From Chlorobiota bacterium (GTDB taxonomy: Bacteria > Bacteroidota > Ignavibacteria > Kapaibacteriales > UBA2268): a DNA stretch of 64,000 nt. A model generated the notes under the pieces. That model made no database searches. It was not told the DNA's origin and saw only the letters and a list, made by a program, of their open reading frames with translations. The stretch's first letter is position 1. Each line of letters starts with the position of its first letter. The position numbers were made by a program, and so were the translations under genes. The DNA lies in the NCBI GenBank assembly GCA_041595255.1, contig JBFHKR010000001.1, positions 1,140-65,139 on the forward strand, read 5' to 3'. This document shows positions 61,970 through 64,000 of this stretch, piece by piece.

Positions 61970-62653
61970 CTATTTTAACATATCTGGACGAAGATTTTTA
62001 GTTTTTTCTTTTGCAGCTTTTTCTTGCCATTCTCTTACTAATTTATGATTTCCACTTGTCAATATATCTGGTACTTTCATCCCTTCATAGTTTGCAGGTC
62101 GAGTATATTGAGGAGGTTCTAATAATCCGTCCATATGCGAATCTGATAATGCACTTTCACTATCACCTAGAGCTCCAGGGATTAGTCGAGTAACAGCATC
62201 TGCAATAACTAATGAAGGTAGCTCTCCTCCTGATAACACAAAATCACCAATTGATATTTCTCTTGTTATTAGCCTATCTCTAATTCTCTGATCTATACCC
62301 TTATATCGTCCTGATAAAATTATTATATTCTTTTTTAACGATAATTCTTTCGCTATACTTTGATTAAATAATTCTCCTTCAGGTGTAACAAAAATTATCT
62401 CATCATATTTTCTTTCATCTTTGAGTTTATTTATACAGTCGAAGATTGGTTGGCATTTAATTAACATACCAGCACCACCACCATAAGGTGTATCGTCTAT
62501 GTGTCCAAATTTATTATCCGAATAATCATGTAGATTATGGATATTAAACTCTACTAACCCCCTTTCTTTTGCAATTCTAATTATACCTGTGTTCAGTACC
62601 GAACTAAAAGAATCAGGTAGAGCTGATAAAAAATCAATTCTTAAAGCACACAT
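61970..62653 (-). CDS. trmD: tRNA (guanine37-N1)-methyltransferase
   Basis: 227 aa. SPOUT knot motifs are present (GRYKGIDQR, LSIGDFVLSGGE). Confidence 0.95.
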   Translation of the reverse strand: MCALRIDFLSALPDSFSSVLNTGIIRIAKERGLVEFNIHNLHDYSDNKFGHIDDTPYGGGAGMLIKCQPIFDCINKLKDERKYDEIIFVTPEGELFNQSIAKELSLKKNIIILSGRYKGIDQRIRDRLITREISIGDFVLSGGELPSLVIADAVTRLIPGALGDSESALSDSHMDGLLEPPQYTRPANYEGMKVPDILTSGNHKLVREWQEKAAKEKTKNLRPDMLK

Positions 62654-62655
62654 AA

Positions 62656-63174
62656 TTACATTTCCAAATCCATTAATCCATCCATTAATTCTATACGAAT
62701 TTCTTTCTTTTCAATATCGACTGATTTAATTACATCATCAATTACAGGCAATGGAATTTCAGCTTTATCTGTTCTCATCACCCATACATCATTTGCTGGA
62801 AGTTCCATTATATCAACTATTTCACCAAGTAATTCATTAGTTTGTATATTGTAAACTTTACAACCTGCTAATTCGTGGTCAATGTAAGTATTCTTTTTCC
62901 TATTAATATCTGTTTTTAATACAAAAAGTCCATGTTCCCTAAGAGAATTAGCTTCAATATCGCTTGCTATTTCTTTTAATTTTAAATTTGCATTCTTTTG
63001 ATATCTCTTAAACTGTATTAATCTGAATTTCTTAGAAAATTGTTCAGAATAACCTATTTTGACATCAATATTATCACTTACACTTTCTATTGCTTTTGGT
63101 ATATCTATGACTATCATTTCACCTTTATAGCCTTTAGTTTTAACTATAACACCAACTAATATATATTCGCTCAT
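62656..63174 (-). CDS. rimM: 16S rRNA processing protein RimM
   Basis: 172 aa. RimM N-domain (VGVIVKTKGYKGE) plus a PRC barrel. It sits immediately upstream of trmD. Confidence 0.85.
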   Translation of the reverse strand: MSEYILVGVIVKTKGYKGEMIVIDIPKAIESVSDNIDVKIGYSEQFSKKFRLIQFKRYQKNANLKLKEIASDIEANSLREHGLFVLKTDINRKKNTYIDHELAGCKVYNIQTNELLGEIVDIMELPANDVWVMRTDKAEIPLPVIDDVIKSVDIEKKEIRIELMDGLMDLEM

Positions 63175-63611
63175 TTTTCCATCTCTATTGTTACTGGTCC
63201 ATTGTTTACTAATGATACTTTCATGTCTGCACCAAAGATTCCAGTTTCAATCTTTAAATTTGAATTTGTTTTCAACTTATTCACAAAGTTATTAAATAAT
63301 GGTTCAGAAATATCAGGTTTCGCCGCATTTATAAAACTAGGTCTGAATCCTTTTTTACAATCAGCATAAAGTGTAAAGTTTGGAACTACTAAAATAGCTC
63401 CATTTATATCAGTCACTGATAAGTTCATTTTATTATTTTCATCATTAAAAATACGTAGATTAATAAGTTTATTAACTAACCAATCTATTTCAACTTCTCC
63501 ATCATTTTCTTTTGCACCAAAAAGTACAAGAATTCCATCTCCAATTTCTCCTACTATCTTGTTCTCTACTGTTACACTTGCTTCTGAGACTCTTTGTATG
63601 ATTAATTTCAT
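63171..63611 (-). CDS. dtd: D-aminoacyl-tRNA deacylase
   Basis: 146 aa. MKLIIQRVSEASV N-terminus and the SQFTL-like/NxGPVT motif (VNNGPVTIE). Confidence 0.9.
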   Translation of the reverse strand: MKLIIQRVSEASVTVENKIVGEIGDGILVLFGAKENDGEVEIDWLVNKLINLRIFNDENNKMNLSVTDINGAILVVPNFTLYADCKKGFRPSFINAAKPDISEPLFNNFVNKLKTNSNLKIETGIFGADMKVSLVNNGPVTIEMEK

Positions 63612-64000
63612 CTAATTAAACTCTTCTTTGTATTTGCTTTTTCTACCTGAAACAAACGAACTAGCCTTATTGAAAAACGATTCTCTATTATCTTCATATT
63701 TGGGGGTAAGTGATTCTGAACCTGGTATTTCTTCAATGTGTAAAGTAGTAGTAGGAAAAGCGAATCGAACATTCAATTCTTTAGCAAGACGAATTGCTTC
63801 TAACATAAACTCTTGACGTGCTTTTAATTCTTGAGACCAATTTTCAACTTCAAAAAATATATAAACTAAAATATTTAAAGAACTAGGCCCAAAATCATTC
63901 AAACTAATTTCATAAGGGTCATTTTTAGTTTTAGGATGTTCTCTCACTATTGCTCTTAATCCGGTTATATATGCGTCAATCAAATCAGGTGGAGTATCAT
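63612..64000 (-). CDS. Mechanosensitive-channel (MscS family) C-terminal portion, partial (5' end beyond window)
   Basis: The region resembles the MscS cytoplasmic beta/alpha-beta C-terminal domain (…LNVRFAFPTTTLHIEE). The reading frame is open to the window edge. Confidence 0.45.
   Translation of the reverse strand, partial: DTPPDLIDAYITGLRAIVREHPKTKNDPYEISLNDFGPSSLNILVYIFFEVENWSQELKARQEFMLEAIRLAKELNVRFAFPTTTLHIEEIPGSESLTPKYEDNRESFFNKASSFVSGRKSKYKEEFN

Noticed and set aside
1-64000. Mobile elements (transposase, integrase, IS inverted repeats)
   Set aside because: No ORF resembles a transposase, recombinase or phage protein. The only integration-like signal is the short repeat pair at tRNA-Cys, reported above as low interest.

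Overview
This is a 64 kb, very AT-rich (about 30% GC by eye) and densely coding chromosomal segment. The PorX-like REC-PglZ regulator, a Bacteroidetes-style -33 TTTG / -7 TAnnTTTG promoter before rpsT, and the Y_Y_Y/beta-propeller and TPR sensor kinases suggest a Bacteroidota / FCB-group bacterium.

Most of the window is housekeeping: rnr, ndk, sucD, fldA, nusB, cobB, acpS, rlmB, bamD, mgtE, rpsT, mutS2, rpsP, ffh, dnaB, ruvB, tsaE, pdxH, gcvH, accBC, efp, trmD, rimM and dtd. There is an unusually rich set of two-component signalling proteins: four sensor/hybrid histidine kinases, two REC-HK hybrids, an Hpt protein and a PorX-like regulator. RNA genes the ORF track cannot show are tRNA-Leu(TAA), tRNA-Arg(ACG), tRNA-Cys(GCA) and a type-A RNase P RNA (rnpB). 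Several rho-independent terminators are visible.

Two loci look accessory or novel:
- Positions 51954-56331: a translationally coupled three-gene cassette (large secreted beta-barrel-like protein, RsbW/SpoIIAB-like GHKL serine-kinase ATPase, membrane-anchored P-loop NTPase with coiled coils). It lies immediately after a clpB gene that stops in the middle of its M-domain.
- Positions 21691-24167: a lipoprotein with an extremely low-complexity, aromatic/Gly then N/S/T/R-rich (repeated YNRS, RGG-like) tail, co-transcribed with a FadL-like outer-membrane barrel, next to tRNA-Leu.

No CRISPR array, transposase or integrase was seen.
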